From positions 128,001-192,000 of the forward strand of contig CAWDNU010000004.1 in NCBI GenBank assembly GCA_963803705.1: 64,000 nucleotides of DNA, given 5' to 3'. Under the pieces are notes generated by a model, which was given only the letters and a program-made list of their open reading frames with translations, did no database searches and was not told the DNA's origin. Positions 19,168-28,896 of the stretch are shown here, one piece after another. Each line of letters begins with the position of its first letter. The stretch's first letter is position 1. Origin of the DNA: an uncultured Pseudobdellovibrionaceae bacterium. Lineage in GTDB: Bacteria > Bdellovibrionota > Bdellovibrionia > Bdellovibrionales > UBA1609. The position numbers and the translations under genes were made by a program.

Positions 19168-20580
19168 CTACTTCAGTAATTCTCTGAATTTATCAAGAAT
19201 TTTTTTCTCTTTAAGTTTGTCATAGGTTTTTTGGCTAACATAAATTCTTGGAATGAAATTTTTAATCTCAGCCAACACAGAAGTTAGTGCACTTTCTTGA
19301 TCAACAAGTAATTCAAGACTACTATTTCTTTTTACAATTTTGATGCCTTCGCTGTTAAAAAGGGGCGTTTTAGAATCTGCAAGCTCTTTTTTTGACTTGG
19401 TGAACGAAACGTCCCTATCAGGAATATCTGTAATAAGCCAGTCATCTGGAAAGTCAGTGGCCATAATCTCTTCTAGCCATGCAAAAGATTTTTTTACCTT
19501 TTCAATAAGCTTAGGCTTGTCATCTATATTCTTAATTAACGTGGGTACAGCTGGGGCTATCTTAATTTGAGCTGGCGGTATTCTTAGGGTTAGCATCAAG
19601 CTTAGTTCACGAATCACAGGGTGGTTAATTCGACCAGATAAGTACTCGTGAATCTTCGCCAAAAAATATGAGTCGTTGAAAGTGAAGTACTCCATGGGGT
19701 TTTGGCTGACATTTGCAATTAAATCTTTAAAAGAATAAGCAAGTCCATTTTCTAAAAAATACTCATAAATTTTTGCAGCCATTAAATCAAATTTATAGTT
19801 TGTACCGTCACTTATTATTTGCGAATACCAAAAATAGCGATTTACCAAAAAGCTTTCTACAACATGAACGGAATCTTCTTTGAACGCAAAAACTGTTTTG
19901 TTCTTATCGCTTACTAAAACCATATTTCTGATTAAAAAATCGATATCATAAATGCCCAATCGCACACCCGTATGATAGGCGTCTCTTAAAAGGTAATCCA
20001 TTCGATCAGCATCAATATCAGAATGAATTAGCTGGTTAGCTAGGATATTTTTTGACTTACCTGCAATAATATTTGAAAGCTCTAAAGGGTCAATACCCTC
20101 TTCAAGTAAAATCCGAGTGAGCCCACCTTCAAAATTTGTATTACAAAGAATGTGACTTCCTAAAGCCTCGTGATTTTCAGATTTACCTGTAAAGCCATTA
20201 TGCTTTCTTTTTTTATAATGTCTAATATAGGCAAGCTCAGTAGTGTGAGATAGTGGAAAAGTGCCAATGTCGTGTAACATACCAGCAAGGCGCATGGTTT
20301 GATGAAAGTTTTTTTTGTCAGATGTTTTTACTGGATTATAAAAGTCTTCGTCAGATGTTGCGACGCCCAAACTTTTAAGGACTCTATCCATAATGTGCAA
20401 AACACCAAGTGTATGAGCATGGCGTGTGTGGGTAGCACCAGGGAAAACATAAAAGGCTAAACCAAGCTGTCTTATCCACCTTAATCTTTGGTAGTATGGG
20501 CTATCTAAAACTCTGGACTCAGTTCTAGACAGTTGAATGTTTCCGTGAATGTTATCAAAAATCATTTTACCGTTGGACAT
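19168..20580 (-). CDS. HD-domain phosphohydrolase, SAMHD1/YwfO-like (putative dNTP triphosphohydrolase)
   Basis: DNIHG, QRLRWIRQLG, PGATHTRHAH, LHDIG.FPLSH, HE and DADRMDYLLRD motifs. Confidence 0.9.
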   Translation of the reverse strand: MSNGKMIFDNIHGNIQLSRTESRVLDSPYYQRLRWIRQLGLAFYVFPGATHTRHAHTLGVLHIMDRVLKSLGVATSDEDFYNPVKTSDKKNFHQTMRLAGMLHDIGTFPLSHTTELAYIRHYKKRKHNGFTGKSENHEALGSHILCNTNFEGGLTRILLEEGIDPLELSNIIAGKSKNILANQLIHSDIDADRMDYLLRDAYHTGVRLGIYDIDFLIRNMVLVSDKNKTVFAFKEDSVHVVESFLVNRYFWYSQIISDGTNYKFDLMAAKIYEYFLENGLAYSFKDLIANVSQNPMEYFTFNDSYFLAKIHEYLSGRINHPVIRELSLMLTLRIPPAQIKIAPAVPTLIKNIDDKPKLIEKVKKSFAWLEEIMATDFPDDWLITDIPDRDVSFTKSKKELADSKTPLFNSEGIKIVKRNSSLELLVDQESALTSVLAEIKNFIPRIYVSQKTYDKLKEKKILDKFRELLK

Positions 20581-20693
20581 CTAATCATTATCTAAGACCA
20601 TGATACAATAAGGAACCTATAATTAGATGTATTGGACCTAAGGTCGAGTGACGCCAGAAAGCGAACCTTTGGGCTAAGATCGGAATGTAAAAT

Positions 20694-20722
20694 TAGGACC
20701 TGTGGAAGATTCATCTAGGTTT
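20694..20722 (+). repeat. 29-bp direct repeat, copy B
   Basis: TAGGACCTGTGGAAGATTCATCTAGGTTT, followed by a TTTTTGA.GTGTAGC-AATA-GCTACATCAAAAA hairpin. Confidence 0.85.
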
Positions 20723-20794
20723 AAATGCTTTAGATTCAATTGAAGTTGTTTAAAGCGCAGGCTGAGGTTTTTGAAGTGTAGCAATAGCTACATC

Positions 20795-20831
20795 AAAAAA
20801 AGAGAAGAGCGGTCTAGCTCTTCTCTTTTTT
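20795..20831. terminator. Intrinsic terminator downstream of the lipoprotein gene
   Basis: AAAAAAAGAGAAGAGC-GGTCTA-GCTCTTCTCTTTTTT perfect hairpin. Confidence 0.88.
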
Positions 20832-20850
20832 AAAAACTTCGGTGGTTTTC

Positions 20851-21636
20851 TTATTTTGCAAAGTTGTTAACTAGTAGCCCTAAAAGACTGCAAAACAGAT
20901 TACAGTTTTGTTGAGGTTGAGCGATCGGGCTGACGGTGCCAACATTGGTATTATTGTTCGCATTGTTAGTGTTAAGCCCTAATCCACCTAAAATTGTGCC
21001 AAGTAATGTTCCAAGGATTGAATCTTTAGCACCTTTGATTTCGTTTTTAACATCACTTTTAATCTCATCTGAAGACTTGTCTGGATTTGGAACACCAATT
21101 AGTCCCCCTATTGTATCTCCAACTTCTTTACCAGATTTTTCTGATATTTTTGCTAGTGCAAAGTTATATACACCTTTAATCACAAGGCTGAAAACACCAG
21201 ATAACATCGTACCTATAAATGCTTCTGATTTTTTAGCGCCTACTAAACTTAAAAGGTTATCTCCTGAGGCCACTTTGACTAAATTAGAAGATATAATCGA
21301 TTCTAGGCTTTCACTGTTATTAAGCTCATCTAGATAAATGTTTCTACCGTTAACTCTGAAAGCGACCCCATCTTTATTTACTATTTCTAGCTGTGCGATA
21401 TTGCCTTCAATTTCTATTTCGATCATTTGACTGTCGATTAAATTTTCTCTGATCTGAATGTCTTCGCCATAAACAGATGAAAGCTCATTAGCTAATTTTT
21501 GATCGTTATCAGATAGGTAAGGACTGAGTGCCTCTAGCACTTCGTTTGAACTTTTGTTTATACTTTGAAAATCGCCACACGCTGTCAACATCATGCAAGT
21601 AGAAGCCATCATTGCTATTATTAAATTTTTCATCAC
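20851..21636 (-). CDS. Hypothetical lipoprotein
   Basis: LTAC lipobox; Gly/Leu-rich amphipathic C-terminal helices; GGAGG RBS. Confidence 0.8.
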   Translation of the reverse strand: MMKNLIIAMMASTCMMLTACGDFQSINKSSNEVLEALSPYLSDNDQKLANELSSVYGEDIQIRENLIDSQMIEIEIEGNIAQLEIVNKDGVAFRVNGRNIYLDELNNSESLESIISSNLVKVASGDNLLSLVGAKKSEAFIGTMLSGVFSLVIKGVYNFALAKISEKSGKEVGDTIGGLIGVPNPDKSSDEIKSDVKNEIKGAKDSILGTLLGTILGGLGLNTNNANNNTNVGTVSPIAQPQQNCNLFCSLLGLLVNNFAK

Positions 21637-22149
21637 GTTCCTCCAAAAGGTTTTTTATTTCTTAAATGTTACAATAAACTTATCGTCCTAGACCTTGGCC
21701 CCACGACTTCATCTAAAAGTGACTAAAAATTATTCAGGCTAAAAAGAATGTTTCAAATCAAACCACTAGTTTATGAAATTATGACTGAACCGGCGAACTA
21801 TTATACAAGACTAAGGGTGTGAAAACTATATTTACATAAGTACAATCATTGGCGATAAGCCAGCCAATTCAAGTCTTTAGACTATTAATCTATCTTTTTT
21901 GTTTGATAATGGTTCGATCAGGGAATCACGACTTATGAAATTTATTAAAAAATTGTTTTAAAAACTAATAGAAAAATTAGGACTTTTTTGTAAAAGTTAA
22001 TCCAGAGTTGCAGATATTTTATACAGATGTAAATTAAAGTGTTAATTTTTTGTCTAACATTCATTGTCTAACATTCAACTAACATTTCACCCCAATGCCT
22101 TTTACAGATGTTTGAAACCTACAAATTGCAATCAGTCCTAAACCTTAGA

Positions 22150-22178
22150 TAAGAAGGGCCCCTGCAGAGCCCTTCTTA
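22150..22178 (-). terminator. Intrinsic terminator after rplY
   Basis: TAAGAAGGGC...GCCCTTCTTA inverted repeat about 36 bp past the rplY stop. Confidence 0.75.
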
Positions 22179-22214
22179 ATAATGCATGGTTTACAATTTA
22201 CAAAAAAATTTTAA

Positions 22215-22931
22215 CTAAGAGGCTTTATCATCCTTTTTATCTTTCTTAGAGTCGTCAGTTTTGCTGCTGCTGCTATCACCACCATCTTTCTTAGCGATCG
22301 CAGACTCTGATTGCTTCTTCCCTTCTGAAGGCTCTTCACCCTCAGCTGCCGCCTCTGAAGCTTGCTCTTCTTCTTCAGGCTCTTCAGCTTTGATTGCGAT
22401 TGCGACTACAGTTTGATCCGGTTCATGTAAAACTTCTACATTTGAAGGTAGGTTTAAATCACTTATAGAAATCCTGTCATCAATTTGTAAAGCTGAAACG
22501 TCCACTTCGATTTCATTCGGAATATCGTTTGGTAAACAGAAAATATGAAGCTCTTCTAAGGCTTTATTCATAACGCCGCCTTCTTTTATACCCAGAGCTT
22601 CACCAACAAATTTAATACTTACAGTGGCGTCAATCTCTTGCGCCATATTAACCTCATAAAAATCTGCGTGGACAATTTTATTATTTAAATTGTCTATGTC
22701 TAAATTTTTTACGACTGCAGCTAACTTCTGACCATTGAATTGTAGCGAAAAAAGAGCGTGCTCATGAGCTAAAACATTTTTCCTAAAAACAAGGTCGTTT
22801 ACAGTGCCAAATTTGCTTTCTTTGCCTTTTCCATAAATAACTACGGGAACTAAATTTTGTTCCCTCGCTTCTTTCAAATTCTTTTTTCCTAATTTACGTT
22901 CATTCACTTCAACGTCGATTTGCTTAGCCAT
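22215..22931 (-). CDS. rplY: 50S ribosomal protein L25 / general stress protein Ctc (long form with acidic and Lys-rich tail)
   Basis: VPVVIYGKG, HADFYEV, GEALGIKEGG and IPNEIEVDVSAL.I...I.ISDL motifs. Confidence 0.93.
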   Translation of the reverse strand: MAKQIDVEVNERKLGKKNLKEAREQNLVPVVIYGKGKESKFGTVNDLVFRKNVLAHEHALFSLQFNGQKLAAVVKNLDIDNLNNKIVHADFYEVNMAQEIDATVSIKFVGEALGIKEGGVMNKALEELHIFCLPNDIPNEIEVDVSALQIDDRISISDLNLPSNVEVLHEPDQTVVAIAIKAEEPEEEEQASEAAAEGEEPSEGKKQSESAIAKKDGGDSSSSKTDDSKKDKKDDKAS

Positions 22932-22954
22932 AGATCAAGCCCCCTTTAACTTCT

Positions 22955-24475
22955 CTATAAATTATCAGCGCAAATCACAGCATTGTATATAAGACCCAGC
23001 CCTTGGAATGGCTTTTGTATTGGTTTACAGGCATTTCTAGTCCATAGCATAGATCGGTTATAGACAAATAAAGGGATTTCAAAAGCATTACTTTTCAACT
23101 GTTTGAAAATGACTTGGGACAAAAGTTTAGCCTTAGCTCTATCTTGAGTAATCACTAATTTTTCTAAGTTAGTATCTATCTCTTTTGAGTTCCAGCCTGT
23201 AGAGTTATATTCACCTTTAGAATGAAATACTAAATATAATGGGTAAAACGGGTCTGACTCGTAATCATCTACAAAGGTTGTGAAATCCTTATTATATATA
23301 TGTTCGTTGAAAACTGAATTTGAAACCAATATAAGATTTAAGTTGATTCCGGATCTTCGGTATCTTTCTTTCAAGTACACTAACCATTTGGAGTCCTTGC
23401 TTTGGGTGTAGAGTATATTTAAGTTAATTGATTTCACTGGCTTTGCTAAATGTGTAATATCACCAGTGACCTTGTTAATATCTATGTCGCTAATAGGACT
23501 AAATGCTCGGTATTGCTGTTTCAAGTTTAGTTTTTGCAAGTCGTTGTCGCTTAAAAGTCTATCCCGAAGGGATTGTCGATCACTAAATGACACTTTACTT
23601 AAATTAAATTTTAAAGACTTTGTGAGAACTTTATCTTTGAATGGAAACCAGTCTTCATATGAATTTAATTTCAGTTGATGAAGGTCAATGCCTAACAGCA
23701 GGGATTTTCGCTTTAACCGCAAGGACTTTGCTAAGACTGTTTCAGATCTGTAAGTTTTAATTCTGATTTCCGGGGGCAACTTTGGTGCTCTTTGATCTTT
23801 AAATATCCAAGATTTAGAATTGGGGACCATAAACCATGGGTTGTAATTTGAAAAGCGTTGGACCTTGTAAGGACCTGTTCCTAAGTAGTTTTTCTTTTGC
23901 AAATTATACGGAAGAAGCCTTAAAGAGCTTAAAATTTGCGACCAGTAAACAGAGCTTCCGTAAAAAAGATCATCAGATTTTGTCGGGTTAAGCCTTAAAG
24001 TCAGCAGTCCATCACTATAAGAAACGCTGGAAATACGCACTAAAAGTGGCTGAAATAAAGCTGCTTTAAGAGCTTTAATCTTGTAGAACGTGGTGGAAAA
24101 TTCGAAGTCTTTAAAATTAACAGCTCGGCCATCTGACCACTTTAGATTTGGCCTTAACTTCAAATAGAGCTCTGTCCGATCCTCATTAAAACTCCAAGAA
24201 TGAGCTAGGCTTGGATGCCATGTCTGATTTGCGTCTATCTCAACTAGTCGCTCCCAAACCAATCCCTGTAACTGCCAGACATAAAGACCATCAGGCTTCA
24301 ACGGGTTAAATTGAGGAATTTCCCCGAAGAAGTCGATGTGCAATAATTCTTTATCGTTAGTCTTAGATTTGATTGCAGAACCGGTTGTTGGCTTAAACTG
24401 AAAATGTAAAAAAGAATAAAGACAAAAAATGCCTACCAGTGAAACTAAAATAGTAATAAAAAATTTATATTTCAT
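22955..24475 (-). CDS. Divergent ABC transporter substrate-binding protein, family 5 (peptide/nickel type)
   Basis: N-terminal TM; FNP, VWERLV.....PSLAHSW, LRPNLKWSDG, GTGPYK, N.TGW...EID..LE and IPLF motifs. No adjacent permease. Confidence 0.8.
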   Translation of the reverse strand: MKYKFFITILVSLVGIFCLYSFLHFQFKPTTGSAIKSKTNDKELLHIDFFGEIPQFNPLKPDGLYVWQLQGLVWERLVEIDANQTWHPSLAHSWSFNEDRTELYLKLRPNLKWSDGRAVNFKDFEFSTTFYKIKALKAALFQPLLVRISSVSYSDGLLTLRLNPTKSDDLFYGSSVYWSQILSSLRLLPYNLQKKNYLGTGPYKVQRFSNYNPWFMVPNSKSWIFKDQRAPKLPPEIRIKTYRSETVLAKSLRLKRKSLLLGIDLHQLKLNSYEDWFPFKDKVLTKSLKFNLSKVSFSDRQSLRDRLLSDNDLQKLNLKQQYRAFSPISDIDINKVTGDITHLAKPVKSINLNILYTQSKDSKWLVYLKERYRRSGINLNLILVSNSVFNEHIYNKDFTTFVDDYESDPFYPLYLVFHSKGEYNSTGWNSKEIDTNLEKLVITQDRAKAKLLSQVIFKQLKSNAFEIPLFVYNRSMLWTRNACKPIQKPFQGLGLIYNAVICADNL

Positions 24476-24525
24476 ATGGTGCCCTAATACGTGTAGCGAC
24501 ACTACCTAATTTTACGAAGACAAAT

Positions 24526-25245
24526 TTAAGAGTGTTCTACAATAGATGCCAACAAAGACTGACTGACAAGCTCAGCTTTCAGTTTAATGTCTTTATCAAG
24601 ATAATTTTGGTTAAATTCGAAAAAAATTCCGTTTACATTTTGGTTCTTTTTGTAGCAGTCTAAAATTGAGTTCAACAAGCAGTCCGTATGCCCCCTGTAG
24701 GGTAAATTTCGATGAACTTTTATATCGGAGTGATTATTTTTAAGTTTTTTTTGAATCTTTTGAGCCAATTGCAATTCTTTTGATATGCTGTTTCTAAATA
24801 GGATACCGATATCTGTTCTTCTTTTTTTGTCCTTATATATAGGACTAAAGGTATGAATCGAAAAAATAAACACTGGCCCCTTTTTAAGATTTTTTTCAAC
24901 CCATGAATTACAACTTTTTAAATAAAAATTATAAGTTTGCTTTATCTTTGTTAACTCACTTTTATTTAAAAATTTACTGACTTTTGAATAAAAGTTTTTA
25001 TTAGACTCGGTTCTGTTTGCGTCAAGAATCAATCTAGTAAAAGGATAAAACAAAAGATCTGTCTTTAAGCCGCAAGCTAATAAGTTGTCTTTAACTAACC
25101 TTGAAATTTCAAGCGCGTGCTTATCGTAAGACTCGTGATTTGCTTTAAGCTTGTTTGGCTGGTACTCATCCGGAATCTTAGACTTTGCAAAATCAGGAAT
25201 TCTGAAATCAGCATGTTCACAAGTGATTAGAACCTTAGGCTTCAA
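24526..25245 (-). CDS. N-formylglutamate amidohydrolase family protein
   Basis: LITCEHA, YD, TRLILDANR, SIHTFSP, DIGIL and NLPYRG motifs. Confidence 0.88.
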   Translation of the reverse strand: MKPKVLITCEHADFRIPDFAKSKIPDEYQPNKLKANHESYDKHALEISRLVKDNLLACGLKTDLLFYPFTRLILDANRTESNKNFYSKVSKFLNKSELTKIKQTYNFYLKSCNSWVEKNLKKGPVFIFSIHTFSPIYKDKKRRTDIGILFRNSISKELQLAQKIQKKLKNNHSDIKVHRNLPYRGHTDCLLNSILDCYKKNQNVNGIFFEFNQNYLDKDIKLKAELVSQSLLASIVEHS

Positions 25246-26461
25246 AGTATTTGACCTGGTTCAAGCAATTAGAAAGATTTTTGTAAATGGGTATTAAATT
25301 AGCGGTTGTATAGTCCGACTTAGTTGCTTTTAAAATTCTATCCGATAATGTTCCGTGGCTTAAAATATATTCAATCGGTTCAGCAAATTTAGCTTCTTCC
25401 TTTGAGTACTTTAAGGATTCAAAAACTTGTTTCACCACTTTGACAGATTTGCAACTTTCAGATAATTCCCAAAGGTCTAAGTACTGATCATGATTGACTT
25501 CAGCTGCCTGACCCAATGTGACTGTAGATACAAGAATTTCTTTTAAATCTAATTCTGAAAATTTTTTTTGATCGTTTATTCCTATCCACTCTTCGTTGGC
25601 TAAAGATTTTATTACCTTTATCCAAAAAATTGCTATAGCAATGTCAATAAATGAGTTTTCATTTGTATCGCAAAGCCTGATCTCAATACTGTTTCTTCCA
25701 AATTTTGGGATCGCAGCCCTTGAATTTAACCACTCTTCTTGCAAGCAATTTTCTGTATCCAAAGAGGCTATATCCTTGTACATCGGCTCTAGAATTATCT
25801 GTTCGTATTCTTTCTTGGACCAAGCTTTTTCTGGTATCACATTACCGATAATACTAGGAATGCGCCTTTGATTCGCCAAATAAAAGCCAAGTCTTGAGCT
25901 TAAGTGCTCACCCTTTCTATTTTCGAACACTGGTGAACTAGAAGACAAAACAGGTATCAATGGTAGGATAAGCCTTACGGCCGCATGCAATTTTTCAAAC
26001 TCTAGGTCATTGGCGAACGATAAATTAACATGCATACTTTGAAGGTTCGACCAACCATGCCCCTTGCAGCTAAATATGCGATCGTAAGCCTCATAAATTT
26101 TATTGTTTTCATGAGGCCACAATCTTGTCTCTAAATTAGGATTCATCCAAGGGTGCATTGCTGTTGGAAGCAAAACAGCATCAAAAGCGATTAGTTCTTC
26201 ATTAATTAACTTTATTTCTTTTTGAAACTCGGGATCCAAGGATTTTAGATCTGCAACTGGATCGTCGTTTTTTAACTCAATAACATGACAAACAAGCTCA
26301 TTAGACCAAGTGATTTTTGAGTGAACGATCTCATTGACTCTTTTTCCGCTTATTTTTTCAAAAAGTTCTGGGACAATGGCCTTGATAGCTAAGGTTTTTT
26401 TATCTACAACCATGTATTCAAGCTCGATACCATAGGCCTTAAAAATGGGGTAGATTTTCAT
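25235..26461 (-). CDS. Glutamate-cysteine ligase family 2 (GCS2) carboxylate-amine ligase
   Basis: GIELEY, NELVCHVIEL, AMHPWM, SMHVN, LSSSSP and IEIRLCD motifs. Confidence 0.92.
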   Translation of the reverse strand: MKIYPIFKAYGIELEYMVVDKKTLAIKAIVPELFEKISGKRVNEIVHSKITWSNELVCHVIELKNDDPVADLKSLDPEFQKEIKLINEELIAFDAVLLPTAMHPWMNPNLETRLWPHENNKIYEAYDRIFSCKGHGWSNLQSMHVNLSFANDLEFEKLHAAVRLILPLIPVLSSSSPVFENRKGEHLSSRLGFYLANQRRIPSIIGNVIPEKAWSKKEYEQIILEPMYKDIASLDTENCLQEEWLNSRAAIPKFGRNSIEIRLCDTNENSFIDIAIAIFWIKVIKSLANEEWIGINDQKKFSELDLKEILVSTVTLGQAAEVNHDQYLDLWELSESCKSVKVVKQVFESLKYSKEEAKFAEPIEYILSHGTLSDRILKATKSDYTTANLIPIYKNLSNCLNQVKYFEA

Positions 26462-27924
26462 CTTGATTCCAAACGTTTAAGAAATGAAAGCATTACCTTA
26501 CTGTATAGGCTGTCGCCAAGTATCCGGTCCTCAACACCATAATCAATTGAAGGGTTATCGTTCACTTCGATAACAAGGTATCGACCTTCCCCCACATCCT
26601 TAATATCCACGCCATACAGACCGTCCCCAATGTCCTTGCAGGCTTTTTTAGCAAGGTTTAAAACTTCTTTTGGAACCTCTTCAATAGCTAAAGTGGTTGC
26701 GTTACCATTTACTGACTTTCCATCTTCGTGCTTGATAATTTGCCAATGGCCCTCTGCCATATAGTACTTGCAAGCATAAAAAGGTTCTCCGTCTATTAAG
26801 CCTATTCTCCAGTCGAAACTAGTTTTTACGTACTCTTGCAAAATTAGAAGGTCTGAATCCTTGAAATATTCATCAGATATTTCGACTAACTCTTGCAAGT
26901 TTTTTACTTTTTTGACGCCTGTTGAAAAAGCACTGTCTGGTTTTTTGATAACGGCTGGGTACTCAAAATCTAGTTTACTAAAATCCGAGTTTTTAAAAAC
27001 AATGGAGGTTTTAGGCGTTGGAATATTTTTTTTATTTAGGTAATCGTTTAAGTATATTTTGTTACAGCACCTTAAAATACTGTTAGGGTCGTCCATGACA
27101 ACCATATCCTCTGACTGGGCAAAAAGTGAAAATTTATAAGTGTGGTCTGATACGCTGGTAGTTTCCCTTATAAATAAAGCGTCATACTTAGAAATAGCCC
27201 CGAAGTCTTTAGGCCCAATAACGTCTACATAAATTCGTAGATCATTGGCGGCGTTTATAAATTTTTTGATGGCCTTTGGATCAGACGGAGGCATTTCCAC
27301 TTCGTCATTGTACAAAATTGCAAGATCGTATTTATAAACTTTAGGTTTATTCTTTGAAATTGTTCTGTTTTTATTAAAAAATTCTTGTAAGGATAATTTT
27401 AAGAAATCCTTATGAGACTCTGGAATTGATCTTAATGAAATCGGGCTAATTGACTTCATGATCCAAGTATCTTCTTTTTTTACAAATAACACTTTCATAA
27501 GTGGAGCTTGAAAATGATTAAATATTTGCTTGGCAAGGATGTTGTATTTCTCGGTGATATTTTTGCCAAAATAGATACTAAGGTCAAATGTGTCAGACTT
27601 CAAATTTTTTAATAAACGGTTGGTGGACTCTTGCACTTGTTCGGAAAAAACCTTTAATGACTCTTTGTTTTGAATTTCGGTGATCAATACAACTTGTGGA
27701 TAGGGTCTATCCCCTCTAGCTTCAGCTAAAAGTGATACATAGTAACCCTTTTTGCAGTAAGAGTAGTCATTACACAGATTAAAAACTTTATTCCTATCTT
27801 TTATTACATTAGAATCAGAACTTGATTTCAAATACTCTTCTGCAGTAAGAATCCTATAATTCACATTGGTATCATTATAAAATTCTTTCTCTTTTTCGCT
27901 GCCAACAATAATTAAATTTTTCAC
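26458..27924 (-). CDS. RimK-family ATP-grasp ligase with N-terminal RLAN domain
   Basis: NLCNDYSY...GYYVSLLAEARG (RLAN), ALFIRETT, CCNK, IKKPDSAFSTGV, QEY, DWRIG, GVDIK and IEVNDNPSID motifs. GTG start abutting the upstream stop. Confidence 0.93.
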   Translation of the reverse strand: MKNLIIVGSEKEKEFYNDTNVNYRILTAEEYLKSSSDSNVIKDRNKVFNLCNDYSYCKKGYYVSLLAEARGDRPYPQVVLITEIQNKESLKVFSEQVQESTNRLLKNLKSDTFDLSIYFGKNITEKYNILAKQIFNHFQAPLMKVLFVKKEDTWIMKSISPISLRSIPESHKDFLKLSLQEFFNKNRTISKNKPKVYKYDLAILYNDEVEMPPSDPKAIKKFINAANDLRIYVDVIGPKDFGAISKYDALFIRETTSVSDHTYKFSLFAQSEDMVVMDDPNSILRCCNKIYLNDYLNKKNIPTPKTSIVFKNSDFSKLDFEYPAVIKKPDSAFSTGVKKVKNLQELVEISDEYFKDSDLLILQEYVKTSFDWRIGLIDGEPFYACKYYMAEGHWQIIKHEDGKSVNGNATTLAIEEVPKEVLNLAKKACKDIGDGLYGVDIKDVGEGRYLVIEVNDNPSIDYGVEDRILGDSLYSKVMLSFLKRLESR

Positions 27925-28626
27925 CTACCCACCGATGACAATCACATCTGCATCATATGTGATTGCCCCAATCAAAATAGCATTTATGAACAAGGTGGTA
28001 TCTACCTTATAACGACTTGTCTTACTAAGTGGATTATCACCCATCGGATCGTAAACCTCAACTTGAGTTCCTTTTTTTGACATCCCCGCCAAAATCACAA
28101 AATGCCCCTGGGGCGACCCATGGATATCATCGTATTCATTGTCATCATTTCTTTCTCTTTCACATCTGTAAAGGTAGGTCGCACTTAATCCAACAATTAA
28201 AGGTCCCCTTTCTACTAGCAATTTATGCAAAAATTCACGATCCAAAATTGAGAACTTAACTTTGCCGCCCAGTTTCAAATAATCGATATAAAGCTTGGAT
28301 GACTTTCTAATTTTTAGTGTTTTAGGAGCATTACATTGTCGCTTTAGCTTTTTTATTAAGTTTGCTTTACTAAGCTTAAACCATGTTGGGTCAAAAACAT
28401 GAAGATTGTGTGTGTAGATTGTGGACTTTAAGCCATTTTCGAGAGCGTTAATTCCTAAAGCCTCGCCCATAGTCCCACCAGTGTCCAAATACCTAACTTC
28501 TGCGATAGTTTTTTTTATCGGAATTTGCATATTAAGGTAATTGTATATTCCATCTAGGCAAGTGGGGCCGCAGGTAGTGTCAGTCGGTTGAGCTTGAATT
28601 TTAATATCGTAGACAATATCTTTCAT
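27925..28626 (-). CDS. Papain-like C39 family peptidase
   Basis: QPTDTTCGPTCL (Gln/Cys), GHFVILAG (His), VYDP (Asp) and GLSATYLY motifs. Confidence 0.88.
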   Translation of the reverse strand: MKDIVYDIKIQAQPTDTTCGPTCLDGIYNYLNMQIPIKKTIAEVRYLDTGGTMGEALGINALENGLKSTIYTHNLHVFDPTWFKLSKANLIKKLKRQCNAPKTLKIRKSSKLYIDYLKLGGKVKFSILDREFLHKLLVERGPLIVGLSATYLYRCERERNDDNEYDDIHGSPQGHFVILAGMSKKGTQVEVYDPMGDNPLSKTSRYKVDTTLFINAILIGAITYDADVIVIGG

Positions 28627-28896
28627 TATACCTCGTAGCTTGCACATATCGAGAAGTGCTCAAGCTTTGATTAAATTATAAGTAGATTACATTTAAGAAG
28701 TAAAGATATTGCTACTTAAATGCGCGAAATTAACTAACTTAGGCATAAGTACTGTCACATCTAAAGGTAGCAATTTAAATCATATAGATGTAACGCATCT
28801 GCAGAAAAAGCTATGACACCAGGAACCTTGGAATTTTAAGAGAACAATAATATTTAAATATTAATTTATTAAATAACTTTCCTTGGGGGGAATATA

